A DNA stretch of 64,000 bases, taken from contig CAZHAH010000002.1 of the NCBI GenBank assembly GCA_964530095.1, positions 21,691 through 85,690 on the forward strand. The letters are read 5' to 3'. Positions 26,763 through 35,262 of this stretch are shown piece by piece. Both the position numbers and the translations under genes were made by a program. Positions within the stretch are counted from its first letter, which is position 1. Each line of letters opens with the position of its first letter. The stretch comes from an uncultured Desulfobacteraceae bacterium (GTDB taxonomy: Bacteria; Desulfobacterota; Desulfobacteria; Desulfobacterales; CAZHA01). Under the pieces are notes generated by a model that did no database searches, was not told the origin of the DNA, and was given only the letters and a program-made list of their open reading frames with translations.

Positions 26763-27506
26763 CTATGGCAAAGACGTCTGAAACAAGCGGCCTGCATTCG
26801 GCAGGGATTCCTTTACACCGGCCAATTGCAGGGCGTGCCACATGCTGGCCATATTGGCGCTGAACACCGGCTTGCCGAGATCCCTTTCCAGGGCTTCAGC
26901 GATGGGGCTGAGCACGATACCGGTATCGCTCACAAAAACCGCTTCGGCTTCATCGGTATCGGCTTTGCGTACCATGTCACTGATTGTAGACAAATCGATT
27001 CTCCCGATATCCCAGTCCAGCGTAAGGCCTAATCCCACATGGTTGACGACGCTAACCCCAAAATGCTCTACATATTGGATCAGCTTTTCATTCAACCGCG
27101 GTTCATAAGGTGTGGCCAGGGCCACCTTCTTTACGGCCAAAGCCTGCATTGCCGCTATCAACGATGTGGAGGTGGTCGTCGCCGGGCAGCGACCGCCTTC
27201 ACTCAACATCGTGCGCAAATTCTTGTCCCACTCCGGGCCGCGGCTGAAGCTGCCGGACGTACACATCCAGACAATCGCATGCGGCCGAATCGTGGCCAAA
27301 TCGGCGGCATGCTGGTTGAATTCCTTCCCTTCGGCCACTTCCTGCATGCTTTCCAAGGTCACGCTGCCCTCATCCGGCATGGAGGTGCGGGTGATGTGTA
27401 CGGATACCCCGGGCGGACAAAGGGTGTAATATTCCATATCCGCCAATCCGGAGGCAGGATAAACGATTCCGATGCGCGCCCGCCAGCCGTAACTCGCTTT
27501 GTGCAT
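26763..27506 (-). CDS. Second maleate-isomerase/EutA-like protein, second Cys position replaced (SDTG)
   Basis: RIGIVYPASG and VWMCTSGSF retained. VFVSDTGIV sits where the paralogue has FISCTNF. Ends in TAG. Confidence 0.75.
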   Translation of the reverse strand: MHKASYGWRARIGIVYPASGLADMEYYTLCPPGVSVHITRTSMPDEGSVTLESMQEVAEGKEFNQHAADLATIRPHAIVWMCTSGSFSRGPEWDKNLRTMLSEGGRCPATTTSTSLIAAMQALAVKKVALATPYEPRLNEKLIQYVEHFGVSVVNHVGLGLTLDWDIGRIDLSTISDMVRKADTDEAEAVFVSDTGIVLSPIAEALERDLGKPVFSANMASMWHALQLAGVKESLPNAGRLFQTSLP

Positions 27507-27530
27507 TTTTAGTAATCTCCTTACACGATT

Positions 27531-28601
27531 TTATTTCTCTTTAGCCCAAATGATATCTTTGATTACCGCATCTAAGACTTCCTTTGCCCCTTCACCGCCC
27601 ATCTTCAGATACTTTTGACGAAGCGGTTTCGCTTTTTCCCTGAAAGCGGCAATCTCTTCATCCGTCAATTCGATATACTTCATTGTCGGTTTGGCTTTCA
27701 TGATCATTTGCTTGCGTTTTTCGTTCAACCTAGGTTCAAAATCGAAAATATACTCATTGGCGCCCTCGACAGCATTGTCTATCAGAACTCGAATATTTTC
27801 CGGAAGGTCCTTAATGAACTCATGGTTGGCGGCAAAAGTTCCGATAAACGGCAACTGATTGGCTTTGATCATATAATCCTGGACTTCGTAAAACTTCATC
27901 TCCTGGATGGCGAAAAAGGGCTGCGTTTCAGCATCAATCCTACCCAGCTCAAGGTTATAATAAATCTGGCCGTATGGAACAGTCATAACGTATGCGCCGT
28001 ACAGGCGATAAGCCGTAATGAGAAACGGAGAGGACATGACCCTAAATGTAATTCCTTCGAAATCCGCGGGTTTCCGCAGCGGTTTATTGGCCGTCCATAT
28101 CTGCCAGCCTTCCTCAATAATTGACAGCAGTTCCAGCTTGTTTTTTCGGTAGTACTTTCCAAGAACCTTATATGTATTCGGACCTTTGCGCAGGATTTTT
28201 TCGAGCAGCTTGAAATCCGTTGGAAACAGGTAGTGAATGGAAAAAACCTGAACCTCGGGGATATAGGAACCCAGATGTCCGGGGGACTGAAAGGCGAACT
28301 GAAGATCTCCTTTCTGTAAAAGTTTCGTGATCTCTCCAGACGTGCCGAGCTCTCCATAAAAGTGAATGTTGCAGCGAATCTTTCCATTAGATTTATTTTC
28401 TAAGATCTCAACGAACTTATTAGCATACTCATGTTGCATGCTGCCTTCGATTTCTTCCAGGGCCACTTGCCACAAATATTTTACCGCGCCGGCTCGTTCG
28501 GCGTACCCGAAGATCAGTATACACCCCATAAGTACTGTCATGAGTCCTGTTGCCGGTCTCAAGGCCGGCCGCCTCCAACTTTTCATATGGATACGGATCA
28601 C
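27531..28601 (-). CDS. TRAP-type (DctP family) solute-binding protein, orphan (no own membrane subunits)
   Basis: Signal peptide. Colinear paralogue of 32165..33214 (EEIEGS...YGELGTSGEI...FSIHYLFPT). GTG 28601 overlaps the restored stop of the upstream gene (GTGA). Confidence 0.75.
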   Translation of the reverse strand: MIRIHMKSWRRPALRPATGLMTVLMGCILIFGYAERAGAVKYLWQVALEEIEGSMQHEYANKFVEILENKSNGKIRCNIHFYGELGTSGEITKLLQKGDLQFAFQSPGHLGSYIPEVQVFSIHYLFPTDFKLLEKILRKGPNTYKVLGKYYRKNKLELLSIIEEGWQIWTANKPLRKPADFEGITFRVMSSPFLITAYRLYGAYVMTVPYGQIYYNLELGRIDAETQPFFAIQEMKFYEVQDYMIKANQLPFIGTFAANHEFIKDLPENIRVLIDNAVEGANEYIFDFEPRLNEKRKQMIMKAKPTMKYIELTDEEIAAFREKAKPLRQKYLKMGGEGAKEVLDAVIKDIIWAKEK

Positions 28602-29592
28602 TGTGTCCCCCCCTTAACAAGTCTGCTTTGTATGATGCGAATATATTCTTCCGAGTCGATGCTGCTACCTGTCAGCAGGAGCTCAACCTTTTTTCCTTTC
28701 ACATCTATCTTCCGACTCAACAGCGCACCGACACCGACCACCCCGGCTCCCTCTACGATCAACCGGTGCTGATCGAAGGTATAAAAAAACCGTCTTTTAT
28801 CTCTTCTTCGGATACCAACAAGTGTTCATCCGTAAATTTCTCCACCAACGGCAACGTGTACCGGTTATCAAAACCGATACCCCCTAAAAGCGAATCGGCA
28901 ATGGAATCTTTTTCTTCCACCTGAACGGGTCTGCCGGCTTTAAGGCTTTCCGCCATGGCCGGAGATCGCTCCAGAGAAAGCCCGACAATATGAATGCCCG
29001 GATTGATCGATTTGGCCGCCATGGCAATCCCTGCCAAGAGACCGCCGCCGGACAGCTGAATCATCAGGATATCGGTATCGGGAAGCTTTGACAGTATTTC
29101 GAGCCCAATGGTCCCCTGGCCAGCGATGATCATCGGATCATCAAACGGGACAACAGGGACAAGTCCCCGGGACGCTGCCAGTTGTTGATAGTTCTTCTCC
29201 GCTTCATCCTGGGAATGGCCTTTTACCGAGACTTCCGCACCAATTTTTCTGATGATATCGGCCCGGTAGGCAGCGACATGTTCGGATAGACAAACAAGCG
29301 CTTTAATTCCGGTTTGTCCGGCCACATAGGCCACTGCCTTGCCGTGGTTGCCGGTTGAAAAAGTGATGACGCCTTTTTTCTTCTCTTCTTCGCTGAGGCT
29401 TAGGATCTTATTTGCCGCGCCTCTCACTTTAAAGGCACCAGTGTTCTGCAGACATTCCAGCTTCAAGTGAACCGAATGCGCACCGGTTCTTTCCGCCAAA
29501 TCACTGGATGGCAACAGCGGCGTTTGAAGGATCACCGGTTCAATTCGAACATGGGCTCGATACACATCATGCAGCGTCGGTAGGTGTGTCAT
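28598..29592 (-). pseudogene. EutB-like threonine/serine dehydratase (PLP) interrupted by a -1 frameshift in an A7 run (28783-28789)
   Basis: The track ORF (28759..29592) ends ...EEEIKDGFFIPSISTG*. The next frame continues FFYTFDQHRLIVEGAGVVGVGALLSRKIDVKGKKVELLLTGSSIDSEEY... to TGA at 28600-28598, matching the C-terminus kept in the paralogue (KYTLEQEKIVIEGAASVGIAAL). One extra A restores 331 codons. Confidence 0.75.
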
Positions 29593-29604
29593 AAAACTCC
29601 TTTT

Positions 29605-30042
29605 CTATCGCCGTGTAACGAAAACCGAGATGGGAGATCGACGCAACACTTTCTCCGCCGTACTGCCCATGACAATCTTTTTCAAATCCGACCGACCATG
29701 GGAGCCGGCAAATACCAGATCATAGTTGCCGTTTTCAATCTCATAAAGGCAGCTGATATAAGGCGTTCCCTTTCGAATTTTTCGCTTATATCCGATCTTG
29801 GCCAATTCGGGAATCGCCGCTTCCAGGTTATCAAACTGCTCTTCGGCATGTTTTTCAAGTTTTCGCTCTAAAGTGTGATATTCGGAATCGGATAACACAT
29901 AGGTCAGATTGTGTGTGTCACGAACAACATTCAGGATGGTCAGACGTGAATTATATTTTTTCGCAAAATCGACTGCTGCTTTAACCGCTTCATCGGAATC
30001 TTTGGAAAAGTCGGTCAATACAAGCACATTTTGATATTCCAT
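29605..30042 (-). CDS. Universal stress protein (UspA family), in a TeaD-like position
   Basis: 145 aa. ILVLTDFS...LTILNVV...LVFAGSHGRSDLKKIVMGSTAEKVLRRSPISVFV. GAGGAG RBS. Ends in TAG. Confidence 0.85.
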   Translation of the reverse strand: MEYQNVLVLTDFSKDSDEAVKAAVDFAKKYNSRLTILNVVRDTHNLTYVLSDSEYHTLERKLEKHAEEQFDNLEAAIPELAKIGYKRKIRKGTPYISCLYEIENGNYDLVFAGSHGRSDLKKIVMGSTAEKVLRRSPISVFVTRR

Positions 30043-30056
30043 AGGTCGCTCCTCGT

Positions 30057-30153
30057 GATTCTGGATGCTCGTTCTGGATGAGATAAGGATTTTTTTTAAT
30101 CCAAGCTAAAGTCGGTAACTTCGAGCAGCATCGAGAATCCAGCATCCAGCATC
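30057..30153. repeat. Inverted cluster of CTGGATG / CAGCATC heptads around a GGATT-T6-AATCC hairpin
   Basis: CTGGATG at 30061 and 30074. The complement CATCCAG/AATCCAG is at 30143 and 30136. CAGCATC at 30126, 30140, 30147. Hairpin at 30087-30102. Confidence 0.6.
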
Positions 30154-30220
30154 TCTAAGCTACAAGCTATACTAGGTATCCTGCCGTTATGAAATTGGCT
30201 GGTTTGAGTCCTTGGCTCAG

Positions 30221-31510
30221 CTAGCCACCCATTGCCATGCTCGGTAAAAACAGGGCGATTTGAGGAAAGGTAATCAGGATGATCGTCGCCAGAATCAGAA
30301 TCAGCAGAAACGGCAGCGAGTGACCGATCACCTCGAGATACGGTCGTCGGAATATGAGCTGGGCGGTGAAAATATCGCAACCAAAAGGCGGTGTCGCCGA
30401 ACCAACCGCCGCTTGCAAAGTCACCAGCGTTCCCAGTAGAATGGGATTCACCCCCGCACCCACCACATAGGGCTGAAAAACCGGACTGAGAATGAATATG
30501 GCCACGATGGGGTCCACAAACATGCAGGCTACAAAGTAAACGACCACAATGATCGAAATCACCCACAGCATCGACGGATCGGGGCCGAACAACGGCGGCA
30601 GAAGCTGTTGAGGGATCTGCAAAAAACCGATTAAAAATGAAAATGCCTGGCCGGCCCCAACCAGAATGAAGACAACCCCGGTAATCACACCGGTCTGCAA
30701 AAAAGCATCGACAATTTTCTGGAACGTGATGGCCTTATAAACGATGGTCTCCAAAATCAATGCATATAGCACGGCAGCGGCGGCGGCCTCGGTGGGACTG
30801 AAAATCCCGGCATAAATACCACCAACGATGATTACTGGAAACCCCATGACCGGAAGCCCGTCCTTGACCGCGGACACCCGCTCGGCCCAGCTAGCCTTGG
30901 GCAAGGTTGGGACTTTTTTCACTTTGGAATAGATATAACAATAAATCGAAAACATCAGAAGGATCATCAGACCGGGAAAAACACCGGCCAGGAAGAGCAT
31001 CCCGATGGAGGTGCTGGTGGCCACCCCGTAAACGATAAAGCCGATGCTGGGAGGGATGAGAAAGGCGATATCGCTAGCGTTGATAATTAATCCCAGCGTA
31101 AAAGAGCTTTTATATCCTGCTTCCAGCAGCATGGGCCGCATGGTGCCGCCGATGGCGGCGACGGTGGCTTGGGTTGAGCCGGAAACGGCGCCGAAAAGCG
31201 TGCAACTCGCGTTGGTAGTAATGGGCAATCCGCCCGGCAGATGGCCCACAAAGACTTTCAGCATTCGTATTAACCGGCCGGCGGACTCACCGGATGTGAT
31301 GATACTGGCCGAGAGAATAAACATCGGCACACAGACCAATGCCGACGGCGTCACCCCGGTGATGATCTGCTGCACCATGGTAATGATCATTTTAGGTGCG
31401 AAATCCGGCATGTAGATGACTAGGTAAAGGATTAAAGAACCTAAAAGAGTTACCATAAAGGGGAACCCGAACAGTAACATCGTTGCCAGACTGATCCCAA
31501 AAAGTGTCAT
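30221..31510 (-). CDS. TRAP transporter large permease (DctM family)
   Basis: 429 aa polytopic protein. Start overlaps the stop of the small subunit (ATGA). Ends in TAG. Confidence 0.9.
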   Translation of the reverse strand: MTLFGISLATMLLFGFPFMVTLLGSLILYLVIYMPDFAPKMIITMVQQIITGVTPSALVCVPMFILSASIITSGESAGRLIRMLKVFVGHLPGGLPITTNASCTLFGAVSGSTQATVAAIGGTMRPMLLEAGYKSSFTLGLIINASDIAFLIPPSIGFIVYGVATSTSIGMLFLAGVFPGLMILLMFSIYCYIYSKVKKVPTLPKASWAERVSAVKDGLPVMGFPVIIVGGIYAGIFSPTEAAAAAVLYALILETIVYKAITFQKIVDAFLQTGVITGVVFILVGAGQAFSFLIGFLQIPQQLLPPLFGPDPSMLWVISIIVVVYFVACMFVDPIVAIFILSPVFQPYVVGAGVNPILLGTLVTLQAAVGSATPPFGCDIFTAQLIFRRPYLEVIGHSLPFLLILILATIILITFPQIALFLPSMAMGG

Positions 31511-32091
31511 ATCTGCACCCCCCCTATCTCTTCATCTTCGTATTCGCTCTGTTGATCCGGAGACTGCCAGGGGTCCTTTTCAGTCAAATTCTTGATGATC
31601 GTTCGGATATACTGGATACCTGCCAGGCCGAATCCGATAGGAATAATCACGTAAAATGTCCATTTCGGCATGCGCAAGGCCGGTGTCATGTGCCCTTTAC
31701 TCATGGCATTGGCCAGATACTCGTAGGAGGCCCACGTCATGATCCCCATAACGATCGCACTGACAATTGAGATGATAATAATAAACGTCTTCTCCATTTT
31801 TGGCGGCATGGCGTCTAAAAACGCACCCATGCGGATATGTCGTGCCTTCCTGACGCCGTAGCTGACACCGGTAAAGGTAGTCAGCAACACCAGAAACACG
31901 GACACTTCCTCGGCGAAATAGATGCTTTGAAAAAAAATTCGGGCAAACACATTGGCGATTAAAAGAATGCCGAGGGCGGCAACGCAAAACACCAAAATGG
32001 ATACTTCCACACCGTTGACGATCAAACCGGTGTAGTGGTTGATTCTCTGGAAGACGGACGACTCACCTGGATCCCTACTTTTATCATTCAT
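31507..32091 (-). CDS. TRAP transporter small permease (DctQ family)
   Basis: 194 aa with 4 predicted helices. Positioned between DctP-like and DctM-like genes. Confidence 0.85.
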   Translation of the reverse strand: MNDKSRDPGESSVFQRINHYTGLIVNGVEVSILVFCVAALGILLIANVFARIFFQSIYFAEEVSVFLVLLTTFTGVSYGVRKARHIRMGAFLDAMPPKMEKTFIIIISIVSAIVMGIMTWASYEYLANAMSKGHMTPALRMPKWTFYVIIPIGFGLAGIQYIRTIIKNLTEKDPWQSPDQQSEYEDEEIGGVQI

Positions 32092-32123
32092 TTCGCGGTC
32101 TCCATTGCGGATGAATCTGAGAC

Positions 32124-32154
32124 GGTACTGCGGCAGTGGGACCGCCGCAGTACC
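32124..32154 (-). promoter_or_regulatory. Intercistronic stem-loop after the TRAP binding-protein gene (11-bp perfect stem, no U-tract)
   Basis: GGTACTGCGGC-agtgggacc-GCCGCAGTACC. Confidence 0.6.
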
Positions 32155-32164
32155 ATTGGAGCGG

Positions 32165-33214
32165 TTATTTGATGCCTAATGCGCTTTTTGCATTTTCGAT
32201 GTCTTTTAAAAGCGCATCGAGAATTGCCTGGGATCCTTCGCCCCCGATTTTGGTATATTGTGGATAAACGGTCTCCGCCTTGGCCTTGAAGGTAGCAATG
32301 GTGGCATCATCCAGTACGTTGAATTTCAGCGATGGTTTGGCCTTTTTCATTTTTTCTCCATCACTGACGTTTCTTTCGGTAATCCATTTACCGGCCGGGA
32401 TGATGGCATCGATCCAGAACCTGCGCATCTCCTGCTGAACTTCCTTGGGAAGGTTGTCGAAAAACTTCTTGTTCACCGTAGGAATGCCGATAAACGGCTC
32501 ACTTTTCAACTGGGTCAAGTAGTTCTGAACCTCATAGAACTTCATGCTGAAGATGGCAAACAGCGGGTTGACCTGGGCATCGATCAGGCCCATTTGAAGA
32601 CCGCTGTAGACTTCGCCGTAGCTCATCGGTGTAGGCGCGGCCCCATAAGCCTTATAGTCTTCCACCAGCAGCTTGGAAGACATCAGGCGAAGTTTGAGAC
32701 CCTTGACGTCATCCAGTGATTTAATTTCTTTTTTGGAGCTCATCCACTGCCACCCTTCAAACATAATCGAAAGCGGTACGAGACCGTTTTTCCTGAAGGC
32801 TTTTTCCAACAGAGGCATAAACTCACCCTTTCTCACCATCCAGTCCAGAATTTCCGGAATTTTTTTGGTGGGAAATAGGTAGTTTAAAGCCAGCACCTGG
32901 GCCTGGGGAACAAACGAACTAATCCAGGCGTAATCGGAAAACACATACTGCACCACACCCATTTGGGCCAGTTCGTTGATGTCGCCAGTGGCCCCCAGAG
33001 TGCCATAGGGGTAGACATTGATGTCAATTTTGCCGCCGGACCATTTTTTCATATGATCGGAAAAATTTCTGGCCCAGACGGTCATGAAATCACCTTCAAT
33101 CTCTTCTGAAGCCAGTTTGGCCTTAACTGCCGGTCCGGTGTAACTGGCGGCCATGGCGGTGCCAAAGAGGCCGAGAATAAAAAGGGCGGTTAATAGCATG
33201 ATGGTTTTTTTCAT
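32165..33214 (-). CDS. TRAP-type (DctP family) solute-binding protein, TeaA/UehA-like position
   Basis: AAGGAG RBS and a signal peptide. EEIEGDFMTVWARNF...YGTLGATGDINE...LNYLFPTK. Confidence 0.8.
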   Translation of the reverse strand: MKKTIMLLTALFILGLFGTAMAASYTGPAVKAKLASEEIEGDFMTVWARNFSDHMKKWSGGKIDINVYPYGTLGATGDINELAQMGVVQYVFSDYAWISSFVPQAQVLALNYLFPTKKIPEILDWMVRKGEFMPLLEKAFRKNGLVPLSIMFEGWQWMSSKKEIKSLDDVKGLKLRLMSSKLLVEDYKAYGAAPTPMSYGEVYSGLQMGLIDAQVNPLFAIFSMKFYEVQNYLTQLKSEPFIGIPTVNKKFFDNLPKEVQQEMRRFWIDAIIPAGKWITERNVSDGEKMKKAKPSLKFNVLDDATIATFKAKAETVYPQYTKIGGEGSQAILDALLKDIENAKSALGIK

Positions 33215-33305
33215 GGTTCGACTCCTTTCATTCGCGGCTCGACAGAGCGAGCCTTGGGTTGTGGGTTAAAATTTAAGGTGTGTTGCGTTCCGAGTTTATC
33301 TCCTT

Positions 33306-34058
33306 TTATATAAAACCGGAAAACCGCTGCCGGACCACTGCCGAAAATACATAATTGATCATGGTGACATAATCGAACACCGGTAGCTTCACGGCTTCCT
33401 GAACGGTCGCAGCGTATGGCGGCAACAGACTGCATTCCAGCAGAATGGCCCCAACAGACGGATCTGTATCCACAAGATTTCGGGCCGCTGCAACCACTTC
33501 CTTTTCCACAGCTTCGGTGTCTAAAATTCCGGTTTCCTCGATGGCGAAACTGAAAAAATGCTTTCGATGCTCCAGTCCTTCAAGAACCACACGGTCCGTA
33601 TCGTGAACGCCCATTTGAAGAAGCAGCTTTCTGTCCAGGCTTCGGGAATCCGCGGTAATCACTCCCACCTTTGCCTTATCTCCCATGATGTTGCTGATAA
33701 AGGGAATCTGCAGCAGGCTGGAAAGAAATACCGGAATATCCAGCTTGCCGGCCAGCTTAGACTGGTGAATCGCCATGAATCCGCAATCGCCTGTAATGGC
33801 TCTAACGCCCTGACCCGCGAGCTCCTCGGCGGCTGTCTTCAATGCGTCGAACACCGAGGGATCTTTGCCGACTGCACGCGCGACCGTAAACCCCTCCACT
33901 TTTCGAAAACGCACCGGGAAAGGGTATGTGGTCGCATTGGCGACATCCCCCGGAATGAAAGGCACGGAGGTATCTATCAGCAGAATTCCGACGGCCTCTC
34001 CGCTGCTGACCTGGCCTTTGCGTGCTTTGTAGATGATGCTTTTCCCCTCCAAACTCAC
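33306..34058 (-). CDS. Asp/Glu racemase superfamily protein (two-Cys type), paralogue of 722..1507
   Basis: ITGDCGFMAIHQ and ILLECSLLPPY. Start set to GTG 34058, which overlaps the upstream TGA (GTGA). The track ORF start 34160 would overlap the upstream gene by 106 nt. Confidence 0.75.
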   Translation of the reverse strand: MSLEGKSIIYKARKGQVSSGEAVGILLIDTSVPFIPGDVANATTYPFPVRFRKVEGFTVARAVGKDPSVFDALKTAAEELAGQGVRAITGDCGFMAIHQSKLAGKLDIPVFLSSLLQIPFISNIMGDKAKVGVITADSRSLDRKLLLQMGVHDTDRVVLEGLEHRKHFFSFAIEETGILDTEAVEKEVVAAARNLVDTDPSVGAILLECSLLPPYAATVQEAVKLPVFDYVTMINYVFSAVVRQRFSGFI

Positions 34059-35230
34059 TCTTTCAGAAACAGCTTTCGTGGAAAATCGGCAAAAGTTTCG
34101 CAACCGGTTTCCGTTATCCGAAAAGACTCGCTGCACTCGAATCCATAGTCGTCCATCCACATGCCCAAAATCATGTGAAAAGTCATATTGGGTGCTAAAA
34201 CTGTTTTATCGCCGGGGCGTAAACTGGCCGTATGCTCGCCCCAGTCCGGAGGGTAATTCAGTCCCATGGCATAGCCTATTCGCGATTCTTTCTCCAGACC
34301 CGCTTTAGCGATATGCTTCCGCCAGACCAGTTCAATTTCCTCGCAACGCAGGCCGGGTTTTATCGTATCGAGCGTTAGATTGAGCCCCTCGACGGTATGT
34401 TCAGCAAGGCTTGAGAGTTTCTCCGGTGGATTCTTTCCGAGATAAGCGGTTCGGGCTAGCGGAGAATGATAACGATGACGGCAGGCGGCAAGTTCCAGAT
34501 TCACCGCCTGGTTTTTTTCATACGGTTCGTCGGTCCATGTAAGATGCGGCGCAGAGGTCTTTTCACCGGTGGGCATCATCGGCACGATAGCAGGATAGTC
34601 TCCGCCGAATTCATCGGTGCCCGCCATCTGGGCCTGATAAACCGCGGCCACGGCGTCACATTCCCGCACACCCGGCGCCAGGTTATCGAGGGCAGTCTGC
34701 ATTACCTTTTCGGAAATCTTTCCGGCCTGCTGCATGTAATTGATTTCAGCATCGGATTTGATGAGCCGCACCCAGGAAACAAGCAGATTCCCATCCTTGA
34801 TCTCGGCCTTGGGAAGATCCTTTTGAAGCGCCAGGAACCCGCGGGCACTGAAATAATAGGCATCCATTTCCACACCTATCGTTTGCGTACCCCAGCCGCG
34901 GCGCCTGATTTCATCGGCCACGAAATTCATGGGATGCTTGATCGGATTTTGCACATAATCATCCGGGTAGCCGATAATATGATCATCGTTTAGAAAAGTT
35001 GTGTGCCGGGCCCCGGCCGCATCCATTCCGCGACCTATCCACAAAGGTGTTGCCAAATCGATGGCGACTACAACCGCCTGAGGCACGTAAAAAGACCAGC
35101 CGTCGTATCCGGTCAGATAGTTCATATTGGCCGGGTCGGAAACGATCAGCACATCAATTCCGGCATTATCCATCCGCTTTTTTGTTTTACCGATTCGCGC
35201 TTGATACTCATCGATTTGAAACAGGGCCAT
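34055..35230 (-). CDS. Ectoine hydrolase DoeA/EutD-like M24 hydrolase (paralogue 4)
   Basis: LIVSDPANMNYLTGYDGWSFYVPQAVVVA...WIGRGMDAAGARHTTF...IIGYPDDYVQ closely resembles the DoeA N-terminal signature as I remember it. AACRHRYHSPLAR. GAGGAGG RBS. Confidence 0.75.
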   Translation of the reverse strand: MALFQIDEYQARIGKTKKRMDNAGIDVLIVSDPANMNYLTGYDGWSFYVPQAVVVAIDLATPLWIGRGMDAAGARHTTFLNDDHIIGYPDDYVQNPIKHPMNFVADEIRRRGWGTQTIGVEMDAYYFSARGFLALQKDLPKAEIKDGNLLVSWVRLIKSDAEINYMQQAGKISEKVMQTALDNLAPGVRECDAVAAVYQAQMAGTDEFGGDYPAIVPMMPTGEKTSAPHLTWTDEPYEKNQAVNLELAACRHRYHSPLARTAYLGKNPPEKLSSLAEHTVEGLNLTLDTIKPGLRCEEIELVWRKHIAKAGLEKESRIGYAMGLNYPPDWGEHTASLRPGDKTVLAPNMTFHMILGMWMDDYGFECSESFRITETGCETFADFPRKLFLKE

Positions 35231-35262
35231 CGTTTCCTCCTCTTATTGGCGTGGCTAAATAT

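Noticed and set aside
26229-27032. 267-aa ORF on the + strand spanning the junction of the flavoprotein and the EutA-like gene
   Set aside because: It crosses an intergenic gap of two strongly supported minus-strand genes. The sequence is Arg/Gly/His-rich with no recognisable domain.
30096-30566. 156-aa minus-strand ORF overlapping the 3' end of dctM out of frame
   Set aside because: The DctM frame is continuous and homologous throughout, so the alternative frame is a GC-driven artefact.
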